Positions 17,276 to 31,006 of a DNA stretch of 64,000 nt are shown here, piece after piece. Below the pieces are notes generated by a model. That model did not search any database, had not been told where the DNA came from, and worked only from the letters and a program-made list of their open reading frames with translations. This stretch comes from Tubiluchus corallicola (Eukaryota; Animalia; Priapulida), in assembly GCA_030141605.1 (NCBI GenBank), contig JAQGDQ010000026.1, positions 496,001 to 560,000 on the forward strand, given 5' to 3'. Position 1 is the stretch's first letter; each line of letters starts with the position of its first letter. The translations under genes were made by a program, and so were the position numbers.

Positions 17276-17635
17276 CCTGGAATCCGGAATGCGTCATCCA
17301 CTGCGGAATACCTGCGTGTAACAATACCATAGCTATGGTTTGTGTAGATCAAAGACCTTGGTGATTGCTTAGGAGTGTTCTGCATTCTAGACTGCCATGC
17401 TGCTCTGATCTTCTTTGTTTAAGTTCCTGGTTTAATAAATACTACTTTATTCTGCACGCATTTGTCTGGTTGCTAATATTATTGTAGCGTGTAACACTGC
17501 GTAGCTATAAAAGATCAATAGGAAATAGCTGCAGAAAAAAATAACGCATAACGCAGGTCTGTGCATTGAACAACAACATAAACCGATTTTATCTATTCCG
17601 CATCCGCATCACACATACGCACTCCGGATGCCAGG
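17276..17635. mobile_element. MITE (family copy 1), interrupted by a solo LTR
   Basis: TIR CCTGGAATCCGGAATGCG vs reverse complement of the right end CCTGGCATCCGGAGTGCG (16/18); body shared with 21756-21975. Confidence 0.75.
17317..17496 (+). mobile_element. 180-bp solo LTR of an LTR retrotransposon
   Basis: Starts TGTAACA and ends TGTAACA (TG..CA), perfect 5-bp TSD CTGCG (17312-17316 and 17497-17501), internal AATAAA at 17434-17439. Confidence 0.8.
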
Positions 17636-18686
17636 TATACCCCACGTAACATTACATAACATTGCAATAACTATTTCTTGATTATACTCAACTGATGCTT
17701 ATTTTCGGAAGGATATTCCACTGACTCATTTGACAGACTGATAATGAGACTTGTTAAGTTCACAGAACATTTCAATAATTACTCTGTCTTATACATCACG
17801 GTGTGCAACTGTGAAGTTGTCAAATCATTACAGAATAACGGAACACATACTCGTAGGTCTGAGTAACACATTTCCTAAATACTATCCACAAATTATATTT
17901 ACAAATCTTATACTATAGGTGTATCAAATACAAAATAATACTGTTGGTTGCTGTAGCTGTCTATAACACAGATCATGTATTGGGAAAAAACAGGTTACCA
18001 TAAATTGCAACGAGTTTTAGTTTTGTCTTGGCCATGGGCTATTAGGTGCTCTGGGTTGGGACTAACGACTAGAACACTTTGTGGTAGTTATTTGAATATT
18101 AATAATTAAATTTTACAATTTTGTCCGAATTCTGGCGCTCGAAGAAATATTTGTACTCCACCCATAGATATGGTTCCACCACAGAACTGAATGCTAATAG
18201 AAAAATTTATGACTAAATAGGTAGTAGCTTGACATGATCTCTATTAAAATACTTTAGGCGCCACCCCTTGCTCTTGTTTTGAATATTTTGAACTCACCAC
18301 TTTTTCGCCACGTTTACCACCACAAAAAGCAATTACATTTTTTAATCGGCATAGCCATTAGCGATAACCAGTGACCAACTGAAAGGTCTCTAGCCAAACT
18401 ACGTGAAATCCTTTCCTGCGTAATTACGCATCCTTTCGCGTGGCTTCTGACTTATTTACACCTGTAGACACATGGCTTCCTCTGCTCGTGGTTTAGGTTC
18501 GTTTCCCTGAAACAGTTTTTACCAGGAATTTTTTTTCGCAGAAAAAGTAACTTCCCAAAAATTGGCCAGAAAATTTTTTCCTACTCGTTTCACGCAACAA
18601 ACATTTGAAATTTTTTAACAGGCAAATGGCTGTTACATTTTTAATTGTGAAAAATCTGCTATTTTAGTAGGAAAAAACTTACGAGT

Positions 18687-19100
18687 TTGCTTCTCCCGCT
18701 TTACCTCCCTTCTTCCCGCTCCCTCTCATCCTCTCCTTCCCTGTCTGTCTGTCCCGTCTTCTCACTCTCTCTTTCCTTCTCTCCTTTCCAGCCTCTCTTA
18801 TCCTCTTTCTTTCAATCTCTTTTCTGTCTTCTATCTCTTCCTTCTCTCTCTCTTTCTCCCTCTCTCGCGTTCCCCCAGCCCGCCCACCTCTCTAACCCCT
18901 CTTGTTCTGTACTTCCCTCCCTCCCCCCTCTCTCTGTCTCTCGCTCTTTCTCCCTCCTCTCTTTTTCTCTCATTTCTCTCCCACCACGAACTCTCTCTCT
19001 CCCCCTCATTCTCTCGCCTTCCCCACCCTCCCTGCCTCCTCTCTCCCTTCTCGTTCTCTCTCCCTCGCTCTCTCTTTCGTTCTTTCTTTTTCTGCTGTCC
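18687..19100. repeat. CT-rich polypyrimidine low-complexity tract
   Basis: ~410 bp of almost purely C/T on the + strand. Confidence 0.9.
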
Positions 19101-19350
19101 TTAATTATCCAAGACACTTTTATTAATGACTTTCAAACATCATAATCATTAAAAATGATGCAATGTTTAAGACGTCAACTTTGATTTTTAAATTTTGTTT
19201 TTAAAAAATATTTTGTTTTCAAACCTTCGTTGCTACAATTTCATGTTGTTTTTAGGATGAAATTGCTTTCGCAAAGTGATTTGCATTGTGTAATTTACTG
19301 CACATAATTACTTCAAATTCAATTGTTTTTTTATAAGATTTTAACGTTTA

Positions 19351-19425
19351 ATTATTATTATTATTATTATTATTGTTATTCTTATCGTCGTTGTTATTGT
19401 TGTTGCTGCTGCTGTTGTTGTTGTT

Positions 19426-19505
<80 letters not shown>

Positions 19506-19555
19506 CATCATCATCATCATCATCATCATCATTATCATCTTCATTATTATTATTA
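19351..19555. repeat. Compound (ATT)/(GTT)/(ATC) microsatellite
   Basis: Visible in the sequence. Confidence 0.95.
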
Positions 19556-21755
19556 CAAAAAATGAAAATCCAGTGCTTTACGAACTATATAGATTTGTCA
19601 ATATCATGGTGTCAATATTTGCCCAATAAATTATGCCCCTTTGCAAGATTTTTTTACATGTACTTTTATGGCAGAACCGTATATCTCAGTTCATTATTCT
19701 GAACTGGCAGAGATTTCAAAGTCACATGCGGATGCACGAAATAATTTGGAATCGCAGTAAAAGTAACTGCCCAAGTGTGAGATTCCTAAGCGGTCTCCCA
19801 ACAAATCACTTGCCAGGCTTGGCATTGCATAATTTTGATCCAATCACACGTCGTAATCACTCACTATTGCGTATATGCAAAGATCGACATCATTCGCTAC
19901 TTAATCGTTCTGACGTTACAAATCTACTTTCTTGTCTTAGCAAGTTGACCAAGTTTCTTGATCACATGATCCCTATTGATCAATACACCTAGTTGAAGTA
20001 AACTATTTTTATTGTGTATTATCTAACTAAGCTTTAAAAAGCATTTTCTGCGAATTTTATTTTTTGTGAAATGACGGTCCTGGCAAAAAAGTTCTGGGAA
20101 GTAAAAAAAGTTTTCTGTAAAAATTTTTTCACAGGCAAAATATTTTTCTGCCAAAAAGCTTTTCTGGGAATAGTCTACCGTCTGTGGCTTTCTTGTAACA
20201 TGGCTCCATCTATAGATTGAATGTGAAAGTGCAGGAATAGGTAATAGTAGTCAGAGAATTAACATTCTCTGTTGTTGTTGTTGTAGTTTAATCTAGCGTG
20301 ATAAAAACGTCCTCACCACCATGAAATTTCTTTTGGATTTTATAATAGCTTTAATATTATTAAGCGCACAAGTTACATCAGTCCACCATGTACATATTTC
20401 TACAAAATTAACATTCACGCCCACGGTGATGGGATATAGTAATTATACAAGTGCTTAATCTACAACCGAAAAAAAACGAATGTAGGTTTTTTATAAACAG
20501 ATTTATTATTTTTCACATATAATGTGGCCTTTTTTCAACCTTGACATTATATTGGTCAACAACGAATGTAGGTTAAAATGGCACAGTAAAAATGGCATAG
20601 AAAATTGGCACAAATGGAAAAATATGAAAAACGGTACACGTGTTATTTTGATGAAAATGATTTTTATAATGAACCTAGAATGCGCTCAGTGGGAACAAAA
20701 CGTCCGCGAAGGTAGCATAATCAATAATGCGCGAATTCCACGTAGTGTTTGTTATAGTCTTTTCGCTATCCTTTCTCTAGTTCTAGATCTATCTATTCAT
20801 TTTAACCATTCTTCAAAACTTATTAGCGAATCTTTTATTAATCATGTTTTATTGTAGTATTATAAAGAGATAAATAAATTAAAATTGAATTAAAAAATGA
20901 ATTGAATTGAATTTTTGACATTCTTTCCAAAGAGTTATAACGCTATGACAAAGTGCTTCACTAATGTTTTTGTACGTGGTGTTCGGTCAAATTTTGTGAA
21001 AACGAAGAACGGGCGCAAAAGGGGTCCACCCCTTCCATGTCCAAGAAACTGCGTCATCTTTTTGTTCCCTACCTATTTCTCCACAAAGTTTCGTGCAAAT
21101 CTGTTTCGTAGTTTTTGCCATTGACATTTATTAGGCCATAATGCCGAAATCTAAAACATTTTATGGCGCATAGGCCTTAAACCTCTTAAACCTAAAATGT
21201 TTTTGAAGAAGACTAGATCTAGGTACCTGCACTTAAGTCTTAAAACTTTTGTAAGCTTTAAAGTGCTATAGGTACCGCAGTTAGTAACACAGCAGTCCAT
21301 TTTATTGTCTAATGCTGCTTTTAAGCCGTCACCTAACGATTATCATATCGAAACTTCTGGATTAAGTGCATCTTCTCATTATACATTTATCTTTGCGTGT
21401 CAACTTTTACACAACCTTAATGGAGCACTTTTGTTTACTACGCCGCTTCGCATGTGGGCCGCAACAGACGTATGATGGTGTAACTTTTTGGTTGACATCA
21501 TCTTATATTTCCAACTCTTACTCATCGCCCAGCTGCGCAGGGTAAGCTATTTACTCATCCAGGCCAGCACCTCACGCGAATAAATCAGACCCAGGCTTTT
21601 ATAAACTAGTAAAACCATCACGTGAAGCCAAGTTATCAACAGAGCATGGGAATATGCATGAACAAAAAGTGCAAGTTTATTACCAATAATTGTTACGATA
21701 GAGTTCAAAATACTATTAACCATTATTAATTTCTACAACTGTTAAGTGGCGTTTA

Positions 21756-21975
21756 CCTAGCACCCGGAATGAGTATGCGTTAAGTGACGTTTGTGTAGCA
21801 TTCGAAATGCGTTATGCATTATACGTTTTCCATCTGCGAAATAGCTGCGGAATAAAAAATCAGTGGCTGCAGAAAAAATAACGCATAATGCAGGTCTGCT
21901 AAACGGGTGCATTGAACAACAAGATAAACCGATTTTTTTTCTATTCCGCACCCCCATAACGCATACGCATCTGCA
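21756..21975. mobile_element. MITE (family copy 2), right end apparently truncated
   Basis: ta|CCTAGCACCCGGAATG left end; shares gctgcagaaaaaataacgcataa.gcaggtctg..gtgcattgaacaacaa.ataaaccgatttt..tctattccgca with 17528-17620. Confidence 0.75.
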
Positions 21976-23649
21976 AGTTTGCAAAGCAACCTATTTTTTG
22001 ATGACATGCACATAAAAATAAAACTATTTTACGCCACTATAACTCCTGAATCTAGTTGTAACTACTTCAACTAGCTGTATTTACAGTGATGGCATACAAA
22101 ATTTTAATGTCATTTTTACAAGCGCTTTTCTGCACGCAAATTTTGTTAGCGCTGAACAGTTAATTGAACCGACACATTAGTTAAACCTCAACAAAAAAGT
22201 ATCAGAAACGTTTACATAAGTTCATTTCTGTTTAACTGAATGGAGCAACAGAATGGAGAACAGAAGAGAATGGAGTAAAATAGAAATAGAACAGCAGCAG
22301 AGTTGAAAAAAACAAAACGGAGTAGAAGAGAATAGACAGTATAGAATGGGGAAATCGAATAAAATAGCCTTAAGGTACAAGTACGGCACATAAAAAGGAA
22401 TGAAAGTTAATGCTGAATTGTGCATTTTGACCAAGCCAATCTTTTAAGTAAAAAGCATGAAGAGTCTAAACAAACTTGTTCTATACTTAGTATACTAGAG
22501 TCTTACAGTATTCTGACCCCCAGGATTGGCTTCTTAAGTTTCAGTTTGAATAGGATCAGGGGTATTAGCAAGGCAACCACTCATATGGATTGTCGCTGCT
22601 CATTCTAATCCACGTGGCAAAATGTGGGATTCCCAGCTTCTCGAACAAAAATAAGAAATTGTGACAATGAAGTCCGCAGAAGTGTTCTAAAATAAATACG
22701 TAGGCCTATTGCATCGACCGAGAACATAAACTGACTGCTACAGGATTGCATATGTATTATTACAGTATTATATATTACATCTTATACTTAGTTATCAAAT
22801 TTTAATAACCACGACTTTTTTAAAAAACGAACTGTTGAAGTTTCCATCAAAGAGCGGCATTGCTGGAAACTTGGAAGCGCAATCGTGTTACCATATAGGT
22901 AGTTCTTGTTCAGTCCTAAGTCCTTAATCATTATTTTTGTTCTGTTATAGATACAACTAAGTTCAAAACTTGATTTAGATTATAAAAACAGACATCAAAA
23001 AAGTTTGACCTATTTTTGTAAAGCCAACAATTCGTTTGCCATTTATGCCTTTATATTAAATAGTATTGTTGTGAACCAGCCAGACAACTTTTGCATGTGA
23101 ATATTAATTAATCGTGAGTAAAAGGAAAAAAAGGTAAAAATAACAATATAGTCGTGTAAATTATTCTTGCGTAGCTAGTAATATAAGTAATCGTATTTTT
23201 TTCAAGCGGCGGAGTTAATACTGACAGTAACTCTACACATGTGTAGAGCAAATTACCCACTAGTTTAATGTCCACATTCTGACAGGATGTTTAATTGCTA
23301 GCATCTAATTAGTACACTTGTTTATAGTCGCCAACTGGCAATCTCCTGCTGCTAACATGTTGTTCCCAACGCGTCAACGTTATCGAGGTTTCAGATGGCT
23401 TCACAGGAGAAACTGTTTGCGCTGGCTTGTGTTTATTTTTCAACTCTCCACTATCAAGCAAGTTACAGTTACGCAATTGTCAAGACGCGTGGAACTTGGG
23501 ACTTGCTCTGTTATACGTTCCTCTAGGAACAGAAAATCGACTAGACAAGCCTTTGCTCTAGAGAATTTATTACACATGTACAATTTCAATGTGTTTTGCA
23601 CGAATACATTAAACGTGCAATTCTTATGTTGAATCTAGAAAAGATACCA

Positions 23650-23960
23650 TGACGAACTGATTGGCTTGTTAATGACTGACTTGATTGTCAACTGATAGCT
23701 TGTGTAGCTAATGAACAGACTGATTCACTAATTCATTAATCATAGTTGAACAATTACTACAGTAAGTCGAACAATTAGTTAACTGATTTACTGACAGACT
23801 GGTTGATGACAAGCTGACTGACTGATTGACGAACTGACTGTCTGAATAATCGACTGACCGGCTGACTGGTGACTAATTTTCGATTGATTAGACTGAGCAA
23901 CTGCTTGATTAGTAATAAATATCAATGGAGTGATTAAAAACTGACAGAATAATCAGAATT
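23650..23960. repeat. Degenerate (GACT)n satellite
   Basis: Recurrent gactgactgatt/gaactgact motifs. Confidence 0.7.
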
Positions 23961-24711
23961 TATTAGAATGATCAGAATAATCAGCCCACTTATTGATCAC
24001 ATATATTATTTATTTATATTAAGCATTTTTCATGTGTATTTCGTTAAGAGGTTCATTTAACATTGGCAGATAAAAGGAACTGGGTTACAAGAACAGTGTC
24101 CAGTCTAATGATCACTCTTATCGTGGATTTCATAACTTAATCATCTCAGAAGTTTATAAAATCCAAGTCTGCTTATTTTTGCTGTTGTGTGTTTGTTTCA
24201 AACGTTTCTTTTTATAGATGTTGGTCGTTAGCTGTAGCACAACTTAAACACTTGGTGAACAGCGATGACAAGCACTTTCGATCTGGTAAGCAATCGCGTG
24301 AGCTGGTCAAGTGTTTCTGAAACGCATAAACTGAGCCACTGTTTGGCTTCTTTCTTGCCATGCAGTGATGGGTGTACTTTATGAGTTGCTGGTTTCTTTT
24401 CAACGATGTGCCGTTTGAAAAGTTCCCACAGGTGCGTCCTCAATATAGTCATCATTAGCCTACATAGCACAGGCGCTTGGTCAAATCTGGGTCATACGAA
24501 GATGAAGACTTGCTTTTGAAGAATTATGTGTTTTTATCTAATTGGCTATTCTGACCTAAGATGGTGTTTTACCATTGCTGTTGCTTCTGCTGCTTGTGGT
24601 GGTGGTTATAAAGGCGGTGGTGGACTAGCAGTGGTGCTAGTACGTTTGTGTTGATATCGCCATCGCCACACCAGTCAAAGACGTACGTATTGTAAACTTG
24701 ATTGAATGTAT

Positions 24712-24930
24712 GAAGGAGGAAAAGGGAAGGGAAGACAAAGACAAGATGACACTGGACAGGCTTTGACTGGTCAGAACTGAAAAAGACTGGACAAGACAGG
24801 AAATGAGTGCAGAGAAAAGAAGAGAAGAAAGAAGAGGATAAGAGAGGAGAGAAAGGGAAAGAATGGAAGAGGAGAGGAGAGAGGAGTGGAGTGAAGAAAA
24901 GAGAGTAAGAGAGGGAGAGGAGAGGAGAGA
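24712..24930. repeat. GA-rich polypurine tract
   Basis: (GAGAG/GAAAG)-type low complexity. Confidence 0.85.
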
Positions 24931-25607
24931 ATGCTGAGATGGCAGGCCTGCACAACCTGTTTTTCATAAAGTAACAAAACATACCTTTCGAGAACTCTCT
25001 TTCATCTCAACTTCTATAATGAACAATTTATTGATTAAAAGCACTCTTACGCGTCTAAAAATGCAGTACCAAGCATTACTAAAATTTCCAGCCAACACAA
25101 CTGTTTGTAATGCTTTGGGGAAATGGTTACTGTTGGTCTTGGCAACCGGCAAGTCTGCCACACAATTTTACGCAGGTATGAAAATTTATTATTACGGCGA
25201 CAGGTGTCGGGTATATGCAACTGTCACCATTAACTGCTTTAGCCTCTAGCGGATTTCGCTACATTAATTGCAGGTTTTAATTACATAATTAATTAACAAC
25301 TTATAGGTGTTAAATTTTGCTCAGTCTCAACAGAAGCCATGAAATTTTGTCTCAAAACTTCATTAATACCCAATTTCCACAACAATTTCTTCATCTGATT
25401 TAAGGTAACATAATCAAACTTACTGACACCAAAGTTATTGACCAGTAATTATTATCAGACGTCGTTACTTATTCATAGTCATAACTGATTTGGGAATGAA
25501 TCCAATCAGCAGTAATTAATTCAGCGTTTGTAATTTGGAAAGGATATGCCGGTAGGTGAGCTCTCGAAATTGAATTAAGACCGGTCAGAATCATAAAGAG
25601 CTGTGTC

Positions 25608-25675
25608 TGGCGCTGTATCTGTGGTGTAGTCGTGGCGCTGTATCTGTAATCTAAAGGTTGTTGGTTCAAATCAAG
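25608..25675 (+). mobile_element. tRNA-derived SINE-like head or tRNA pseudogene
   Basis: A-box-like TGGTGTAGTCG (~25622), B-box GGTTCAAATC (25663-25672), intervening TAATCTAAAGGT like the tRNA-Met/Lys anticodon-variable region; T-stem and acceptor stem do not pair. Confidence 0.5.
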
Positions 25676-28600
25676 GTTTGTCAAAGGCTTATTTACATAT
25701 CTTTCCTTTGGATTCACATATTCATTAATTTGGGGTTCTTTTCTTCTATCATTATAAATTATGCTTCGTAAAATGGTTAGTGCAGTGGTGCCTCTACACC
25801 TAGGCTGCTTAACTAAACCCACCCGTAATTAACGCAGTTTGCATACCGGCAAGAGTGGACGAGTGATAAAGTACAATCACCGCAGCGGATGGTATTTATT
25901 ACAGGTAACGATAAGGGTTAACACTTTACCAAGTAATATAATAACTGATAAGAGAACCATAATTAACCTGCAATTCAAGCCGACTACGCAGGCTATACAA
26001 GTATATTTCATATAATAATCGTATTCATTGAAACTGCATATTTGTGTAACATGTCCAGGAATCTTAGTCTATAGTAGGTCTATGAACGCTATCACGTAAA
26101 CGCAATTGTATATCTCTAGTAGGACTAGTTGGTGTGCTTAAGTTGTGGCGTAGAGGGGTCCCCTAATGGGCACAGAGCTTAATTTCTTACGAAAAATTTC
26201 TTTTTTAGATCATTTCACAGAAGAGAAACAACTAATTTAACTACTGGTGATACAAATGCTGTATCACTTGTGCATACCAATGATTTGACACGCAAGACCA
26301 CGCGAGGCTCCAAACTAGCTGATCTCTGAGCTTCTTTTTTTCGTGAACAGGATCTTATGAACTCAGGAAAACATTCTTACAAACGTCCAGTTAATGTCAT
26401 TATAATTGTAGGTGTCACGAATTGCACGAATTCGTGGAAACTGTTTTGCAGAGCATTGAGCAAATGATATACGGTTAACAAATACTGACTGTGGCAAATG
26501 ATATAATATTTATCAAACTATCTTATTGACTTGTTTTTTTTTACTGTTTTTTAACCTGAAAGTAATGAATTAAAAGTTATTCCTTTTTATTATTTTTATG
26601 CTAACTTGGCATAACACAAAAGTTATATGTGTTTGTAAAAGGTTTGTTGTAACGGACTTTTCAAACGTAGACAATGCAATTACATTTTCATTAAAGATGC
26701 CAGCACCTATCAAATACTTCCTTCGTTAAATTTATTATTTATAACTTTTGGAGTGTTATAAGGCCTGCAATATTAAGTTTTGTTCATCTAAATGTGTGAG
26801 AAGGCACCTTACAATGTGATTATATTCAATTTAATTCAACAAACATTAACGAATACCTAGCCTATAATTCCCAGAAAAGTTACCTTTATCCATGCAGATC
26901 ATTTTATTCCTGACAAAATGACATATTGTGTTTTGCTTTTAGCACGCCACTGGAGCCAGTTCCTGGTTGGGAATAACAATAACAATCATGCAGGCACCTG
27001 TAAATTTTTTGGCTAAATCAGGTAGCCTCTTGTGAGAACTGCTATATCTGGTGTGGCGAGATAAGCAAAGCAGCAGACGGAGTTTCTATCTCGGTTTGGT
27101 AATAGTGGTACTGGCAGAGGTTATCAATTTGTCCAAAATAACTTTCTAAGTTGCAGTGACAGCAGCCCAGGTCACTAGAGCAAAATAGACTTCGTTTTCA
27201 AGCATGCCTAACTGTAACATTTCTTTTAAGTTTTGGTTACTGAGAAATAAAAGTTCCCGAACTCATCCATCTTCAGTCGGTTATTAAAGAACTTGACCTT
27301 AAAACGTGGTTAAGAAAATCACACGGATTGGCATGTCTCTAACGATCGTGTTCACTCATTAAAATGGTGCATAAAAATATAATTCAGATTTAGCAAACAT
27401 GAATGTTTCGGCCAACTTTAGACAAAACCAGACATTTGTTTGTTTGTTGGCTTGCTTTCTACTTGTCATGTGTTTTAGAGCAAATTAGCTATAATAAATC
27501 TTTCTAGGCCGTTATCATTAATCTGTTTTCCAAACATAGTTTCTTACGTCGAGTGCTCACTGCCCTTGTGTGGGGTGACTCATATAAAAGAATACATTTT
27601 CGGAAATTAAATTTCTCTATTTTCTTCGTTGAACCTACCCTTGTTTGTCTTTAATTATTCTTTGCAAATATAGAACTCTCTTCAGGCGTTAATTCTCACT
27701 CTGTTTCAACGTTCCGTAATTAGTCACCCGTGCAATTCCAAATTGGTAATTAGCCACTAAAGACTTAAGTTATCTGACATGCCCAGAGTTGAGCACATTC
27801 CAAGTCGTTGGTTCTCATCTTTGTCTAGGGCACCTAGGTGTGCTGAATTACCTCCATACAATGGTTGCGATTTACTCGCATTGTTTACAGCAAGTATAAT
27901 CTTCGACAGGTTGCGGGGGAGTGAGGGAATGGGGTGAAGTTCTTATCATTACATCCAGGTGCGTAATTTAGGTTCATTTAAACTCACGTAAAGTAATGCG
28001 TCAGTGAACTTTGCCCAAGATTTCATTAGAAACGATAATTAAGTTTCATCTGTCAAAATTCTAAAAAATTAAGACATAGCACTATTAATTACTATAGTGC
28101 ATAATAAATAAATAAATAACGGTTATTATCATTTTTTTCTCATCTCTCTCTCTCTCCACTAATAAATCATCGGAATTATAAAATATAATAAACTAAATTT
28201 ACGTGCCTATATGGAAAAATATAACAATATAATTTTATGATGGACACGTTATAAATAAAATACATGGAGTCTATGATAAACACTTGCACGCTATTTGACA
28301 AGTAACCGTTCAGCGCACCTGACCGATCAGCTGTTTAAACGGTAAATATTTACTTTAGTACCTATTATTACTATAGCGTCTAATAGTACCTCTAAGCCAT
28401 ACAGGTGTAACACAAATTTAAATTTGCTCAAACAGTAATGACAGAAATTAATTTTGCTCAAATACTAATGACAGAAATTGGCATCGAGCCATTTTTAGTA
28501 ATTACAGTAGGTATTGTCATATGTCTTCTGAAAAAGTAGAGGGTAGCTACCTCAATTAGTAATCATATCGAATGTACCTGCAAGTATATACGTAGCTATG

Positions 28601-30959
28601 ACCACATAAAACTTTCAACTGCAATTTCTAAACAAACACGTAAAATTGGTTTATTATGATCGTTGTACTTTTTCCCTTATTTTCGGCATCATATCTCCAA
28701 TTTTTTCGTGCTTACTATTTTTAGCATACTTTATCCGTGTAGAGGAATTCATTGAATCAAAACTCAATATGCAACTCAAACGCATACTCAAATACATACC
28801 GAACATTAAAACCAACTCTGGCAAAGACGTTCACGTTTCTATGTCTTTATTCTTTTGGAAAACGAGAGGGGCTGATGTTCGCTTTACAAGACGTTTAAAA
28901 AAATTTTTACCATCCGCAAATATTTTTTTACTGAATAGATTACTATTTTAAACTTTTCTATTAATCTGACACAACGTCAGAACGATTGTCTGGCCTTTTA
29001 TCATTTGTTGCGAATTTCAAATTAGTCTGTCGAGAGGTGCACATACTCGAGCTAAATACAGGTAATCAACTACTGCGCCCGAGTTTCCCTGACGTTCTAG
29101 ACCGGCAGCAGTATGTCGCATGATTTCGTAGTAATTCTTTTGTAAACAGGTGCCTGTCTTTGCTGCATCGTTTCCGGAAGCTACCATCTCGCAACTCTCC
29201 CCTTACTATAACAGTGTGCCCGCCTTTGATTTAGGTGGATTACCGACCTCAAGGACAACTTGTATCTCTTGCTGGGATTAATACATTTCCTGCTGCGGAT
29301 TACCCATTGTGCTCTGCAATCCTAGTTTACCTATTTTCTCTAAATGCCCCAAACGAGTTTTTTGTTATTTTGAAGTCCATAAAAAGTACTGGTTGTCCTT
29401 GGCCCTTTTATGTTCTATCAGCAGCGCATGCGTGCTCATGCGTTTGATTGCTAGCCAAAACAACATCCTATTATCGGCTAATCGTACCTGGTTTGTTTCT
29501 TTAGCACTAAACCCAGCGGCAAATGCAACCGTAGCAAAGTTTATCTGCCCGTAATTACCGTACCTGGTTAGTTTAAATTTGTTAGTGTTACGCTTTAATA
29601 AGTAAAAATGCTTCTGGTGATTAAAGCAGTAATATCCTCGGCAAAGAAAAACAGAAAGTCTAAGAAAATCTTCCAAAAGAGTAACAGGCAGATCTTCAGC
29701 TACACGAATCAAAATTCCATTCTTGCTTCCATTGCCGTTATTGCTGTCGACTGTCGTCTTTGGATCATATGATCATCACAATTATGTCATAGTCATAATC
29801 ACAACCTTAATCATCATCATCATCATAAGCACCAACATCGCCATCCTTCCATTGATTATTTTCTTTCTGACGTTTAAATTTCAAACTATGCGCAATAACT
29901 TTGGCTTGTTTTTTGAGCGGGGCCTTTAAATTGCACGCCTCTGCTTCTAGAAGGCATTTAAATGTCATGTCCCGTTTGCAATACTGTAACAGCCACGTGA
30001 GTTTCATTAATGTTTGGCAATGTATCTGCATGCATACTAATAAGGCATCTTTCTGATCGTGCCTTCTCTATAGTTAGCTGTTCCTGCTTCGCAGTCTTTT
30101 AAATATAAAAACAGGAAACCCTCATTGCCAGCCTTGCATCTGTTCAACATGCATGCAAGAATACTAGCATTCATTGGTAGCCACAAAGGAGGACCCACAA
30201 AGCTGGGCCTGCAGAGTAGCATGTCAACAAATACCCCCATTTATCCGGTGGACAATGCCAAATGTTCTTGCACACCTACGCGACATTCAAGCAAACAGAA
30301 TTTCTCGCCAGTAGAAATGGAACAGGAGAGGGCTTTAGCGCTGAAAAGACTTAGCAGAATTTGACGATTATCTTTGAGCACCACTCAGGCTGGCAGCATG
30401 TTTTGCGCAGCAATAAATTACTGGCGTCAAAGGAAAGTATGGTTCTTGAGGAACAGTGAAATTGCCCGACGTGCAGGGACGTCAACAAAGCCTGGTCTTG
30501 TGCTCATTGTTACAGAACCTGTTGTGGTGTGGATCCCTACCATCAGCGTGTCTAAAGCACGGGGGGAATTATTATGATTATGCCTGTTTTTCCATCTAAT
30601 CGTATCAAATCTGGGGTGTGCTGTAATCACACATCCTGCATTGATAAAGAGGCATCACGCAATGCTCCCTTTTTTGCTGGCGGAGATGACATGCAGCTTC
30701 ATCGCTTATCTTTCAAAGTTGTTGACAGAAGTGCAATTATGCCTAATACAAGAAAAGCACTGAAAAATCATACAATGCCAACAGCTTAAATATTCAACTT
30801 GCAGTGCACAGGGCTAGTCTTATTCTTTAATTTTGACATTTTCGTCGACAGTGATGAAAATTATAAATGCAGTAGCTTTGATATTATTAATAGTGAAAGT
30901 CAAGAGAAGGAAAACTAAAGATTTTCTTATAAACAGTATCCAGCGATGATATCATAATA

Positions 30960-30961
30960 AA

Positions 30962-31003
<42 letters not shown>
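30960..31003. repeat. (AAT)n microsatellite
   Basis: Visible in the sequence. Confidence 0.9.

Positions 31004-31006
<3 letters not shown>

Larger units (their letters stand above)
18490..20180. mobile_element. Possible old ~1.7-kb element with inverted subterminal repeat arrays
   Basis: TTCCC(T/A)GAAA-like motifs clustered at 18500-18580 and their complements (TTCTGGGAA) at 20045-20172; no clean TSD. Confidence 0.3.

Noticed and set aside
18687-19702. ORFs rich in L/S/P, R/E/G, poly-I and poly-L
   Set aside because: Translations of CT-rich and ATT microsatellites, with no coding signature.
24218-24285. Exon-like segment (ttttatag..CTG|gtaagc) with one open frame
   Set aside because: Peptide is unrecognisable and has no partner exons; not supportable without RNA data.
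25608-25675. Functional tRNA gene
   Set aside because: A/B boxes are present but the T-stem and acceptor stem cannot form; treated as a SINE head or pseudogene.
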